From contig OY759353.1 of assembly GCA_963662315.1 (NCBI GenBank), forward strand, positions 1,024,001-1,088,000: a stretch of DNA of 64,000 nt, read 5' to 3'. Position numbers and translations under genes: made by a program. Of this stretch, positions 29,984 to 41,146 are shown piece after piece. Within the stretch, counting starts at the first letter, position 1; the number at the start of each line of letters is the position of its first letter. The notes below the pieces were generated by a model, which was not told where the DNA came from, did not search any database, and worked only from the letters and a program-made list of their open reading frames with translations. This DNA is from Geopsychrobacteraceae bacterium (lineage in GTDB: Bacteria > Desulfobacterota > Desulfuromonadia > Desulfuromonadales > Geopsychrobacteraceae).

Positions 29984-31746
29984 AATTCAGGCCCCAGGGT
30001 AAAGTGGATTTTAAACTGATCTCCAGGGTCTGAATCGAGACCCCAGGCAAAATCGAGGCGTAGCGGCCCCAAGGGCGATATCCATCGCAACCCAAAACCG
30101 ACGCCACGCTTCCATTCGGGCCGATCGTTGAAAGCGTCGCCGTAATCATAAAAAATAGCCCCCCACCATTTACCATAGATTCGATATTGGTATTCAAGAC
30201 TTGAGGTTGCCAGATACTTGGCTCCGGTTAATGCTCCGGACGAATCTCTCGGGGAGATGGATTCATAATCGTAACCACGAATGCTGTTGTCTCCACCGGC
30301 AAAAAAACGTAAAGACGGAGAGACCCGGCTAAACTCAGCGGCGAAATCAGCTCCACCGGCCAAACGCAAAATTCCGCGATGATTCTCACCATAAGAACGG
30401 ATCCACGAGGTCCCGGCCTGAAGACGCAACAAGTCCGTTTCGGAAAAAAGCGTTTCATTCCCATATTCCAGGGTAATCGTTTGTTCATCCCCCCAGGTTA
30501 TGAGTTGATTCTGTCCTGTTCGGACCCGGGTCCGGGACAAAGTTCCACCAAGAAGAACAAACTGGCCAACATCATCTAAAACCCCCTGTTCGTAATTTTC
30601 AATCAGGTAACGGATAAAAAGGGTTTTATTCCAGCCTTTATCCTGCAACCAGTGGCGCTCCAAAGACAGATTTGACGCCAGGCTCTGGGTATCAAGATTA
30701 TCGACCTTCTGCAAGCCATATTGAACCTGATAGTATTCATGCAAGCTATCGTCCAGGGGAATCTTGTAGCCAGCGGTAATCGATTGTTTTGGATAAGACA
30801 GGGAAAAATCACTGGTAAAGCTATGTCCCTGGGCATTCAGCCAGGGTTTGGTCCACGCCAATGAACCACGAATACCTTCATCCGTGGAATATCCGATCCC
30901 CGTTTCGAGCAGATTTTTTGCTTGGGGGGTAACAGTAACCTCGATGGGCAGTTGGGTGTCTTGATCCAGTTGGGAAAAATCGGGTTCGACAAGAACAGAA
31001 GAGAACCAGTTTGAAGATGACAGATTCTGGCTAAAATCACTCACCTTACTCATACGGTAGGGTTCACCGGCTTTGAAGCGTTGCATAGACAACACCCTGT
31101 CGGCATCAATCTGACTCCCGTGCAGGGTCGTTTGCCCAAACTGGTAACGCTTGTTGCTATTGTAGTGAAGTGAAATTCTTGCCTGATTTGTTTCTGGCGA
31201 GACTTCAATCCTGTTCAGTTCAAATTTGCCGTTGAAATACCCCTTTTCCAGTGCGAGTGTTTGCACTTTCGACTTAAACTCATCATAATCCTGATGACTC
31301 AGCCGTACTCCTTGCTTTAGACGACTCTCTTTAAAGAGGTTAATAAAGTCACTGTCTGTTTTCGCAGCACCAGTCAGGTTCAAATCTAGCATGGTGATTA
31401 TCATAGGAGGGCCGGGCTGAACATGAACTGTCAGTTTGTCAGCTTCGGTGACAAATTGAATGTCAGGGTTATAATAGCCAAGCGCATTGAGAGCGCTGGT
31501 AATTTTCCTTTCCAGTCGCGCCTGAAAGTTTAGTTGGGTGGAATAGTCAGATTCGGGAATGGATTCAAGGTAAAGATTGACATTTTTTTTCAACTCTCCA
31601 TTCAAACCGGTAATCTTGAGAGGTGTTGCAGCAAAGCCTGCCAGTGTGGTCAAAAGCAGCGTCATGCAGATGAGAAGAGTAATTTTCATAAACAGTGGCC
31701 GGCTCAAAATCAAGTGGCTGCGAGTTAGGTACGAATACAGTAACAT
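29980..31746 (-). CDS. tamA: Translocation and assembly module Omp85-family subunit
   Basis: POTRA-like ALGYY/KGYF, RFFAGGDNSIRGY, WISPLGPLRLD, terminal HFTLGPEL. True start may be ~31689. Confidence 0.93.
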   Translation of the reverse strand: MLLYSYLTRSHLILSRPLFMKITLLICMTLLLTTLAGFAATPLKITGLNGELKKNVNLYLESIPESDYSTQLNFQARLERKITSALNALGYYNPDIQFVTEADKLTVHVQPGPPMIITMLDLNLTGAAKTDSDFINLFKESRLKQGVRLSHQDYDEFKSKVQTLALEKGYFNGKFELNRIEVSPETNQARISLHYNSNKRYQFGQTTLHGSQIDADRVLSMQRFKAGEPYRMSKVSDFSQNLSSSNWFSSVLVEPDFSQLDQDTQLPIEVTVTPQAKNLLETGIGYSTDEGIRGSLAWTKPWLNAQGHSFTSDFSLSYPKQSITAGYKIPLDDSLHEYYQVQYGLQKVDNLDTQSLASNLSLERHWLQDKGWNKTLFIRYLIENYEQGVLDDVGQFVLLGGTLSRTRVRTGQNQLITWGDEQTITLEYGNETLFSETDLLRLQAGTSWIRSYGENHRGILRLAGGADFAAEFSRVSPSLRFFAGGDNSIRGYDYESISPRDSSGALTGAKYLATSSLEYQYRIYGKWWGAIFYDYGDAFNDRPEWKRGVGFGLRWISPLGPLRLDFAWGLDSDPGDQFKIHFTLGPEL

Positions 31747-31854
31747 TATTCGAGTATTTAAAAAAGTTCCGGTTCAATTATGCCTGAATGCAAAAATATG
31801 TAGGCAAGGATGATAAGATACTTTTAAATCTGACCGATAACAAAGGGAAAGCAC

Positions 31855-32217
31855 ATGGCACAATTTATAAAAAATCCAACTATCGTCCCGGCGGCGGGTC
31901 ATCCGCCCAAAACAATCGAAGAATACATCGGCCGCGTCAACAGCAACACAAACAGTGTCAGCATTGCCCGAATGCAAAGTCCAGGCGGCTGGGTAGAGCC
32001 CGGGCAGGTTGGTCAGTTTACCGAATACACCATTGTCTTAAAAGGAACCTTGCACCTGAAGTTGCAGGATCAGGATATGGATATCGATGCCGGACAGGCC
32101 GTTATTGTCGAAGCCGGAGAATGGGTCCAGTACAGCAGTCCGACACCTGAAGGGGCGGAATATATTGCCGTGAGTTTGCCGGCCTTTGCACCTGACATAG
32201 TGACGAGAAATAAATGA
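31855..32217 (+). CDS. Cupin domain protein
   Basis: KTIEEYIGRVN...WVEPGQ...EYTIVLKG...YIAVSLPAF. Confidence 0.85.
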   Translation: MAQFIKNPTIVPAAGHPPKTIEEYIGRVNSNTNSVSIARMQSPGGWVEPGQVGQFTEYTIVLKGTLHLKLQDQDMDIDAGQAVIVEAGEWVQYSSPTPEGAEYIAVSLPAFAPDIVTRNK

Positions 32218-32257
32218 AACCTAAGGTTAATCAACCTCGGATCTTAACCGTATCGAT

Positions 32258-32728
32258 ATGAACATACGCCGCTATCAGACAGGAGAAGAGCAGACACTCT
32301 GGTTGCTGTTCTATAACACGATCCACCAAGTGAACTGCAGGGACTATTCCCCAGCACAAATCGAGGCGTGGGCTCCGTCAACTATAGATCCAGAGCAATG
32401 GAGAGAGCGACTGATTAACACCAACCCTTTTATTGCAGAAGAGAACGGTGAAATAGTCGGTTTTGCCGAGCTTGAGGATAACGGCCACATCGACTGCTTC
32501 TACTGTGCTTATAACTGGCAGGGGAAAGGCGTAGGCAGCTCAATGTTACAGACAATTGAATTTGAAGCAGCGCAACGGGGAATTACCCTTTTGTTTACTG
32601 AAGCAAGCATTACCGCAAAAGAGTTTTTTGCGCGAAAAGGCTTTCGGGTAGACAAAGAGCAGATCGTGAAGCGGCGTGGCGAACAACTGACCAATTATGC
32701 GATGTCGAAACGATTAACGGAGATGTAA
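32258..32728 (+). CDS. GNAT family N-acetyltransferase (YafP-like)
   Basis: DYSPAQIEAWA, QGKGVG, EASITAKEFF. Confidence 0.9.
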   Translation: MNIRRYQTGEEQTLWLLFYNTIHQVNCRDYSPAQIEAWAPSTIDPEQWRERLINTNPFIAEENGEIVGFAELEDNGHIDCFYCAYNWQGKGVGSSMLQTIEFEAAQRGITLLFTEASITAKEFFARKGFRVDKEQIVKRRGEQLTNYAMSKRLTEM

Positions 32729-33398
32729 TGCCCAGGCCGACGGAACCGAAATACGTTGCGCCGCTACGTTTCCACTGCCTCACCCCCTTTTACGACGGTA
32801 TCGCAGCACTAACAATACGGGAACGCTGCGTCAAACAGGTCTTATCCAACAGGCACAGTTTGAAGGGCATCAGCAGGTTCTGGATCTTGGCTGCGGTACG
32901 GGAACGCTGCTCATCTGGATCAAACAGCAGTATCCCACCATTGACGTGACAGGGGCCGATTGTGACGCAGCCATCTTGTCTTTGGCAATGGACAAAGCCC
33001 AACACGCGCAGGTGTCCATACAGTTTCATCGCGCATTGTCCGACAACCTCCCTTACACGGCGGAACGATTCGACCGCGTCGTATCGAGTCTATTTTTTCA
33101 TCACCTTACCCGGGGGGAAAAAAAAACCACCGCACAGGAGATCTTCAGAGTGCTCAAGCCTGGAGGCCAGTTACACATAGCAGATTGGGGGCATCCGACA
33201 AACACGCTGATGCGTTGTATGTTTTTGCTGGTTCAGTTGTTTGATGGAGTCAAATGTACGCAGGATAATGTCGAGGGAAAGATCCTATCACTTTTAATAG
33301 ATACCGGGTTTACAGAGGTAGCGAAAAAACAAACCTTCAACACGATCTTTGGAACAATGACCCTTTACAGTGCCTTAAAACCAACCCCATCGATTTAA
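32728..33398 (+). pseudogene. Class I SAM-dependent methyltransferase, frameshifted
   Basis: The N-terminus LTPFYD... is in one frame. VLDLGCGTG and the remainder (FDRVVSSLFFHHL, RVLKPGG) are in another, with the shift near 32840. Confidence 0.82.
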
Positions 33399-33435
33399 CC
33401 ATATCCCGCTAAAAATCACGGCATTATTCTCAGTC

Positions 33436-34113
33436 CTATCGTAAGCCGACACGAAATAATAACTTGCCAAGGTTTCGATTAAGAAAATGGTCACGAGGGA
33501 GGGATGCAAAAACCGGTGGCCTACGTATGTTGAACTTTCGCAGCTCCTCCATCAGTTTTGGATGCGGACCAAATTTTATCCCTTTTTGAAAGGTCTGCAA
33601 AGCCGGTCCCCTTTTATTGATCAGCATATAAATACGACCAAGATTTAAATAATGGTCAGCAACTGTCGGTTCTTCTTTAAGAGCGGCAATACACATTTTT
33701 ACAGAGTTACTGTAATCATGGTTTTCTTTGGCTCGGCAATAAGCAAGATACGATCGCCCCCTTGGAGTGCTGTTAAATTGCTCTGCCTCTTCCAGGAAAA
33801 ACATGGCTTCAAAGATTTTATTTTCATTAACCAGATCGAGCCCCTGATCTAACAGTTCAAAATATCTATCGGAGGATGGGGGGTCTTCAGCCTGTTTCTT
33901 CAAGTTTCCCAGTTGATTGTTTTCAAACCATTTATCAACTGTTTTGTCGATAAAATTCGATTCTTCTGAATTAATTTGAATAAACGCTTCTGACACCAAG
34001 AGAACTGCTTCGCATTTAGGACATTTACACCGGGTAGCGGTTTCCGGGATGTCCCTTTTAGATACGGTTTTGTCAAAAGTACATTTGGTGCAGTGAAATT
34101 TATACTTAGTCAT
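33436..34113 (-). CDS. Zinc-ribbon plus TPR protein
   Basis: CTKC...CPKC; TPR-like HYLNLGRIY; C-terminal RRPPVF..LPRDHFLN..LGK. Confidence 0.75.
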   Translation of the reverse strand: MTKYKFHCTKCTFDKTVSKRDIPETATRCKCPKCEAVLLVSEAFIQINSEESNFIDKTVDKWFENNQLGNLKKQAEDPPSSDRYFELLDQGLDLVNENKIFEAMFFLEEAEQFNSTPRGRSYLAYCRAKENHDYSNSVKMCIAALKEEPTVADHYLNLGRIYMLINKRGPALQTFQKGIKFGPHPKLMEELRKFNIRRPPVFASLPRDHFLNRNLGKLLFRVGLR

Positions 34114-34639
34114 TTGCCACTCTTAAGTGTAATCAATAATTCAAATAGGCCAGAACTTTTCTATAGGAAATTGCTTAAAGAATCAAGGTTTTGATTCGTA
34201 TAGTCGCTGTCACATCCGCAGCTTTCATCTCTCAGAAACTCTAAATCCTCAAATATGACTATGCCAAAGGTCCTTCGGAAGAAGCGCTAGAGCTCCCGGT
34301 ACCACATTCGTAAATTAAAATCGCCACCAAGTACATTGAATTCACACATGCATTCAGGTTCGTTATCTTTTAATAACACCTTTTATATAAATCAACGTTT
34401 TTCTAGGATAAGAGCACATGCAAAGATATTGCAGCAACCGGCATTAAAGGAATTGTCAAAGTATTGAGCAAAAGCAAAGCGGTAGCAACTCTTAAAAACA
34501 TTCCTCCTTCGACATGAGTTTCCGCCATCCGGCAAGAAACCCCTGCAAAGCTGCGTCATACAAACAGTCTGCTCAAAAAGGTAAAACCACAATAAAAGTG
34601 CTATTATTTAATAGCCTATGGATCACCTGAGGAGGAGCT

Positions 34640-35893
34640 GTGATGAAAGAGATGACGTTAAAAGAGTTGGCGCTACCTCTGATTAAAGCAATCGATAGCT
34701 TCAATTACCTGCTCAGGTCGCATCATCGCAGGACGGCATATATCTGTTACTGTCTCGGCAAACAACTAAATCTGTCTCACGAGCAAATGATTGATCTGGT
34801 TATTGCCGCCAGTTTACACGATATTGGTGCGTTGTCAGTGCAGGAGCGTGACACTCTGGTTCAGGAAGATGTCGACAACCCTGAACCGCACTGTCGCATG
34901 GGCAATCGCATGATGGCCACCTTCAAGGTTTTCAATAACATCGCTCGGATTATCAAGCACCATCATATCCGTTATGATGAAGCTGACAAATACGACGAAG
35001 AAATCCTATTTCAGAGCTATATCGTTTACCTGGCCGACCGGGTCGATATTTATATTGCTCCCGACTCATTTATCCTTAACTAGAAGAAAAGCGTTATTGA
35101 CAAAATTCTGGAACGCAAGGGGACCATCTTTCACCCGGACGTTTGTGATGCCCTGGTCGCGGTAGCAAAACCGGATATTTTCTGGATAGAGATCAACAAT
35201 ATCACCATGGAACAACTGTTCGACAAAATCCACTTTGACCCTTTCCGGCCCCTGCCCCCCGAGCAGATCCGGCAGTTTGCCCAGATGGTGTCACGCATTG
35301 TCGACTTTCGCAGCAAATTTACCGCCGCGCACTCGCAGACCGTATCCCGGCTGGCTCTGTTTATCGGTGGTGCGCTCGGCCTGAATGAAGATGAGTGTTT
35401 CAAACTGTCGATTGCCGGACTCTTTCACGATATCGGTAAAATCGGAATCGATACAGCGTATATCGAGAAGAAAGGCCCGTTAACCGAAGAAGAATACAAT
35501 CAGGTTAAATTGCACAGCTACTACACTGGCCAGATTTTAAACGAACTTGCGTCAGCCGATTGGTTCAGCGATATCGTGATCTGGTCCAGAGAGCATCATG
35601 AACGTTTGGACGGGCAAGGATACCCCCTGTCTTTGTCTGGGGATGATATTCCTCTGGGAGCAAGAATAATCGCCTATGCCGATGTCCTGTCAGCGCTGAT
35701 GGAAGATCGGCCTTACCGCAAAGGTTTGAATGTTGATATGACCTTGGAAATCATTGCCACCAAATTCGCTCAGATCATCGACCCGGAGATCTTTTCCGTT
35801 TTACAGCAATACAAGGTTGAGATCGATCACATCATTAACAACTGCCATCAGGAAACCAGGAAAGTCTTTTACAATTCTGTGGAGAATTTCTAG
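34640..35893 (+). pseudogene. Tandem HD/HD-GYP phosphodiesterase interrupted by an in-frame TAG
   Basis: ORFs 34640-35083 and 35207-35893 share a frame, and the sequence after TAG (35081-35083) stays open. LHDIG, FHDIGK, HHERLDGQGYP and RPYRK motifs. Confidence 0.85.
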
Positions 35894-35989
35894 AATGCAA
35901 CAACACTTAACCTGAGCAGGCCAACTATGTCAGTTGATCACCAAATACCGTTACGGCTTTAGCTTGCCCTGCCCTCAAAGGAAACCCTC

Positions 35990-36532
35990 ATGCAAAAAGC
36001 TCTTATCCTCATCGATCTGCAAAATGATTATTTCCCTGGCGGGGCTATGGAACTGATCAATACGGAAAAGGCAGGCCTTAATGCACAGCGGCTTTTAAAG
36101 CACTATCGAACGACTGACGCCCTGATTGTTCACATACAGCATATTTCCACCAGATCTGGTGCAGGTTTTTTTCTGCCCGGTACACCAGGGGTAGATATTC
36201 ATAAACTGGTCGCTCCCCTGCCAGGCGAAACAGTCATTCAAAAGAATTATCCCAACAGTTTTCGCGAAACGCCTCTCTTCTCCTGCCTGCAGGAAAACAA
36301 CGTAACCGATCTCATCATATGCGGAGCTATGAGCCATATGTGTATCGATGCTACGACCAGGGCAGCGTTTGATCTTGGTTTCAGGTGTATAATCGCTGAA
36401 GATGCTTGTACAACAAGGGATTTACAATTCAAAGACAGGACCATTAAGGCGAAGGACGTCCAGGCCGCATTTATGGCCGCATTGGCTGTGCCCTATGCGG
36501 CCATCAGCTCGACGGGAGATATTTTATCCTGA
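35990..36532 (+). CDS. Cysteine hydrolase (isochorismatase family)
   Basis: IDLQNDYF, KNYPNSF, GAMSHMCIDATTR. Confidence 0.92.
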   Translation: MQKALILIDLQNDYFPGGAMELINTEKAGLNAQRLLKHYRTTDALIVHIQHISTRSGAGFFLPGTPGVDIHKLVAPLPGETVIQKNYPNSFRETPLFSCLQENNVTDLIICGAMSHMCIDATTRAAFDLGFRCIIAEDACTTRDLQFKDRTIKAKDVQAAFMAALAVPYAAISSTGDILS

Positions 36533-36567
36533 AGGTTCTGGTTGCGGCAACAAAATCATCCATAGCC

Positions 36568-37470
36568 TTACGTAGCTGCAGGCCATGCCAACCGCTGCTG
36601 GCTGGTAAAATGCCTGATGCCGCCTGTTAGTGGATCAACAAATTGTAATTCGTATGCTAGCAACTGTAGTGGTTTCATATAATTATCCAGCTGTTCGTCG
36701 ATCACAACAGGATAGAAAAAATCATGCAAAATGGGGGCACCAAGAGCGCACATATGTAGGCGTAACTGGTGCTTTTTCCCAGATACAGGCGTTAACGAAT
36801 AGCGCCACAACGCTTCCTTTTTCTCTAAAACATCTATGATAGTATGGGCATTGACCGGGCCGGCGATTTCCATGGAGAGAAAGAATGGCTCTCCCCGGAC
36901 AATCCGGGATTGATAGTGATAGGGGAGTTTAAGTTGCGGAAGCGGTGGAGCCAGGGCCTGATAGCGCTTTTTTACCTTATTATCGCGAAACAGCGCCTGA
37001 TAAAGCCCACGGGATTGTTTTTGACTGGAAAACATGACCAATCCAGAGGTATGGCGATCAATCCGGTGCAAAGGCTGCAATTCTGTATTACCATAAAGGT
37101 TCACCAGCCGCCCCAGAAGCGTCTGGGTGACATACTTTCCGGACGGAATGACGGGCAAGAAAGGTGGTTTGTCTACTACCAGTAAGTGTTCATCTGCATA
37201 GATAAGTGTTACTTGACCAGGAATTGGCTCTTCCTGCGGATTTTCTCGATAATAATAGATCTTCATTCCTGCACGATATAGAGAATCTCGACCTAGTGGC
37301 TGGTTCTGGTCATCCAATATCAATCCCCGCGCAAAACGGGATTCCCATTCAGACTGGGATACATGAGGAAAAAGGTTACAGAGGCTCGCCAGTATCGTAG
37401 TCCATTCCCCGGAAGGAAGAACAACGGTACTCGGCTTCTGAATAGATACAGGGTGCATACTTGAAGTCAC
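36568..37470 (-). CDS. RluA-family RNA pseudouridine synthase
   Basis: VVDKP, HRIDRHTSG, GKKHQLRLH. Confidence 0.92.
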   Translation of the reverse strand: MTSSMHPVSIQKPSTVVLPSGEWTTILASLCNLFPHVSQSEWESRFARGLILDDQNQPLGRDSLYRAGMKIYYYRENPQEEPIPGQVTLIYADEHLLVVDKPPFLPVIPSGKYVTQTLLGRLVNLYGNTELQPLHRIDRHTSGLVMFSSQKQSRGLYQALFRDNKVKKRYQALAPPLPQLKLPYHYQSRIVRGEPFFLSMEIAGPVNAHTIIDVLEKKEALWRYSLTPVSGKKHQLRLHMCALGAPILHDFFYPVVIDEQLDNYMKPLQLLAYELQFVDPLTGGIRHFTSQQRLAWPAAT

Positions 37471-37691
37471 TTATTTTATGTCCGCAGCGATATCAATCGT
37501 TTTGTTTTGTTGCTTACTATAAACCTGCCCTCTTATTCAATCATTTCCTGACATCAGTCACCTTGAATATTTTTTCATGCAATAAAAAGTCTTTAAACCG
37601 GCGAAGGTATAAAAGTTGACGGTTTTAGGTTACGATAAAGACTTCTGTAACAGATAAGATAGAGTCCATAAAACATGACAAGGAGTCCCTC

Positions 37692-38255
37692 ATGTCCGCA
37701 GTCCTGATCCCTTTAGCTGACAATGTAGAAGACATTGAAACTGTCACCATTATCGACATCCTCCGGCGTGCCCGTCTAGAGGTCACCAGTGCCAGTATTT
37801 ATGACCATAAACAGATTACCGCTGCGCGCGGGACCAAAATAGAAGCCGACCAGCTGCTGGTTGACTGCCTGGTTAATAACTGGGATCTGATTGTGCTGCC
37901 GGGCGGCATGCCCGGCGCCGAAAACCTGAGTCACCACCCTCCCCTGATAGATATGCTCCGGAAACAGTCACAGGCAGGCAAACTCTACGCCGCCATCTGC
38001 GCCTCCCCTGCCGTTGTCTTTGCCCCGCATGGCCTGCTCGATGGAAAACAGGCCACCAGCTACCCGACCATGCAAGACAAACTACCCGACACCACCCGTG
38101 CGTCTGAGTCTACGGTTATCGATGGACATTGTATCACCAGCCAGGGCCCTGCGACCGCCATGGAGTTTTCACTGACACTGGTTGAATTATTACAGGGATC
38201 AGAATGCAAGAACCAACTGGCGCAAGCCTTACTATACGTAAAGGCCTGTGAATAA
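37692..38255 (+). CDS. DJ-1/YajL/PfpI family protein
   Basis: EDIE..TIIDILRRA, LPGGMPGA, AAICASP, TSQGPATA. Confidence 0.92.
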   Translation: MSAVLIPLADNVEDIETVTIIDILRRARLEVTSASIYDHKQITAARGTKIEADQLLVDCLVNNWDLIVLPGGMPGAENLSHHPPLIDMLRKQSQAGKLYAAICASPAVVFAPHGLLDGKQATSYPTMQDKLPDTTRASESTVIDGHCITSQGPATAMEFSLTLVELLQGSECKNQLAQALLYVKACE

Positions 38256-38281
38256 CAACCGATGTAACGAAAATCACCTGT

Positions 38282-40600
38282 TCATATCCTCAATAGAGGT
38301 CCCTGCTGAACGAACTTTACAAATTCATCTTCGGGCAGAGGTTTACTGAAGAAGAAGCCCTGAACACTGTCACAATTCTTTGCTCTCAGGAAATCAAGCT
38401 GGTCCTGCGTTTCAACCCCTTCGGCTATTGCGGTCAGGTTTAAGTTGTGAGCAATATCGATAATACTGGTAATAACTGAGGCTCCTGATGGATCATTACT
38501 GACATCACGGACAAAAGATTGATCGATTTTCAAGGTGTCTACGGGAAATCTGCGTAGGTAATTGAGGCTTGAGTATCCGGTGCCAAAATCATCGAGGCTC
38601 AAAGAGACTCCCAGGTCCTTCAGTTGGCTGAGAATCTTCGCGGTGTCATGAGGATTATCCATAATCATACTTTCGGTCAGCTCCAGCTCTAGTAACTCAG
38701 GAGTCAGTCCGGTTTCAGCCAAAGTGTTTCGAACCAACGCAACCAAGTCTCCCTGACGAAACTGGCGAGCAGACAAGTTAACCGCGACAGAAATAGGGGG
38801 AAGACCGGCTTTTTGCCAGATAAGACTTTTCTGGCAAGCTTCCTTCAAAGCCCACTCCCCGATAGAGAGTATCAGTCCGGTATCTTCTGCTATAGGGATA
38901 AATTGTCCCGGAGGGATCATCCCTCGCTCAGGATGTTCCCAACGCAGCAATGCTTCACAGCCATGAATCAGCCCGGTTTTTAAATCCACTTTAGGCTGAT
39001 AATAAAGTCTGAATTGATCTCGTTTCAGAGCCTGCCGCAGCGCACCTTCCAATTCCCAGGCCTCGCGGATCTGCATACCCATTCCACTTGAGTAGAAGGT
39101 TGAACAATTCCCACGCTCCTTCGATTGGTACATGGCGATGTCCGCTTTACGCAGAAGCGTTGAAATATCCTCCCCATGCTTAGGATAATGACTGATACCG
39201 CCACTGGCCGTCAGGGTAATATCGCGATTGTCAATGAAATAAGGAGCGGACAGAGCCTGAAGAATTTTATCCGCAGTTGGCATGATATCGTCTTCACTGA
39301 CAACCTCAGTTAACAATACAACAAACTCATCCCCGCCAAACCGAGCAACCGTATCACTGGCGCGAACAACTCCTGTCAGACGCTGGGCAACCTGGCAGAT
39401 CAGCTCATCGCCAAGCCCATGGCCAAGACTGTCATTGACAAGTTTGAAGCGGTCCAGATCCAGCAGCAGAACGGCGACAATCCTTTTGGACCGCTGGGCA
39501 AAATTTACAGCCTGTTCAAGGCGGTCTTTAAGCAGCGCACGATTAGCCAGTCCGGTTAAAGCATCATGAGTCGCCTGATGCTCCAGCTGCCGTTCATAAG
39601 TTTTTTGCCTGGTCACATCTTCATTGACGGCAATGTAATGAGTAATTTCCCCCTGGGTATTGCGCAGCGGAGCGATCAGCGCCCTTTCCCAGTACAGACG
39701 GCCATCTTTATGTCTATTAAGCAGTTCGCCCTGCCACTCTTTTCCAGATAAGATTGTTTGCCAGAGGTTATTATATACTCCAATGGACGTTTGTCCGGAT
39801 TGCAAGAACCTGGGATTCTTTCCGATGGCCTCTTTCCAGGTATAACCGCTGACCTCACTAAACTTTGGATTAACATATTCAATGTCACCATTCAGGTCAG
39901 TAATAACGACGACCACAGGACTTTGTTCGACAGCCAGACTTAATTTGCGCAGTTCACTTTCAGTCCGTTTTTTTTCGGTGACATCCTCAGATGCGACCAT
40001 AATACCAACAATATCATCTTGATCACCATACAGCGGAGCTGCTGAAAGTCTGGCCGTAAAAAAAGTTCCATTATTATTAAGCCGAACTGTTTCCAGCCCA
40101 AAAACTCTGTGACCTTTTTTTACCCGCTTAAGTAAATCGCTGAATTCGACCCACTTGTCTGCTGGGATACTGGGCAACAGCTGACCAATAACATCATCGG
40201 CTTTCCAACCAAAAATCTTTTCAGCAGAAGGGTTCCAGGACATGACCTGCCCATTAAGATCTAAGCCGTAGAGAGCAACCGGAGAACATTCAATGAGAGA
40301 TTGGTAGATCTGTCTGCTTGCCGCAAGATCTCTTTGAATGGCGGAGTGCCTGATCAGATCACGACGAACCAAAACAAACAATAAAGCGGCTGTAAATATA
40401 ACAAACAGCCACCCCTTGATCATTCCTAACAAAGAAAAAACGGCGCTGTTTGAAAAAAGGGCAAAGATCAGTTTGTCGGAAAGAAAAATCCACAGAGCAC
40501 TTACTAATGCGTACACCCCGGATATCTTCAACGCCACCATGGTCCATGACTTTAGTCGTCTTATTTTAAGGCTCATGCATTTCTCTATATTGGCTAGCAT
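38282..40600 (-). CDS. Membrane PAS-PAS-GGDEF-EAL protein
   Basis: Two TM segments, two PAS domains, RFGGDEF, EALLRW, DDFGTGYSSL. Confidence 0.95.
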   Translation of the reverse strand: MLANIEKCMSLKIRRLKSWTMVALKISGVYALVSALWIFLSDKLIFALFSNSAVFSLLGMIKGWLFVIFTAALLFVLVRRDLIRHSAIQRDLAASRQIYQSLIECSPVALYGLDLNGQVMSWNPSAEKIFGWKADDVIGQLLPSIPADKWVEFSDLLKRVKKGHRVFGLETVRLNNNGTFFTARLSAAPLYGDQDDIVGIMVASEDVTEKKRTESELRKLSLAVEQSPVVVVITDLNGDIEYVNPKFSEVSGYTWKEAIGKNPRFLQSGQTSIGVYNNLWQTILSGKEWQGELLNRHKDGRLYWERALIAPLRNTQGEITHYIAVNEDVTRQKTYERQLEHQATHDALTGLANRALLKDRLEQAVNFAQRSKRIVAVLLLDLDRFKLVNDSLGHGLGDELICQVAQRLTGVVRASDTVARFGGDEFVVLLTEVVSEDDIMPTADKILQALSAPYFIDNRDITLTASGGISHYPKHGEDISTLLRKADIAMYQSKERGNCSTFYSSGMGMQIREAWELEGALRQALKRDQFRLYYQPKVDLKTGLIHGCEALLRWEHPERGMIPPGQFIPIAEDTGLILSIGEWALKEACQKSLIWQKAGLPPISVAVNLSARQFRQGDLVALVRNTLAETGLTPELLELELTESMIMDNPHDTAKILSQLKDLGVSLSLDDFGTGYSSLNYLRRFPVDTLKIDQSFVRDVSNDPSGASVITSIIDIAHNLNLTAIAEGVETQDQLDFLRAKNCDSVQGFFFSKPLPEDEFVKFVQQGPLLRI

Positions 40601-41146
40601 CTGTATCTATAAAGTCTTTAGACCAATGATGTAACGAAATACAGAGGGGCTTTCTCTTTATACTGGAACTCCCCCTCCCCGATGAAAAAAACAAAACACC
40701 CTATCAGGGATTCGGTATTGTTTCCAACATGATTTAAAAATGCAATGGTTAAATAAAATTAGCCCCTACCAACAAAACCACAGGAGAGAAACGGCTTAGG
40801 TCTGTCCCCCTGATGAAGGGTAAAGAATCACAAATTGTCGCTTACCTGCGTGTCCAGATCATGTCCGAAGATCACCGGTGAAGGATTCCGTTTACATTAC
40901 CACATTCCCGCCTAAACCATTGTCATATGACTCAATGTTAATACACCAATGAAATATTTCAATTTGACGGGGAATAAGTCATTAGGCTCGAAAAATACCT
41001 TTTCATTGCTTGGGTATTGCAAACACAGCTGGTTGGGTCAGAGTTGATTTAAAATGACAGTATACTTTTCTAACAAAGCTTTCATTGGCGAATACCAATA
41101 ATTTATGGTATACTACGCTATCCAAGTCTTCATCTAAGTCCCATGA

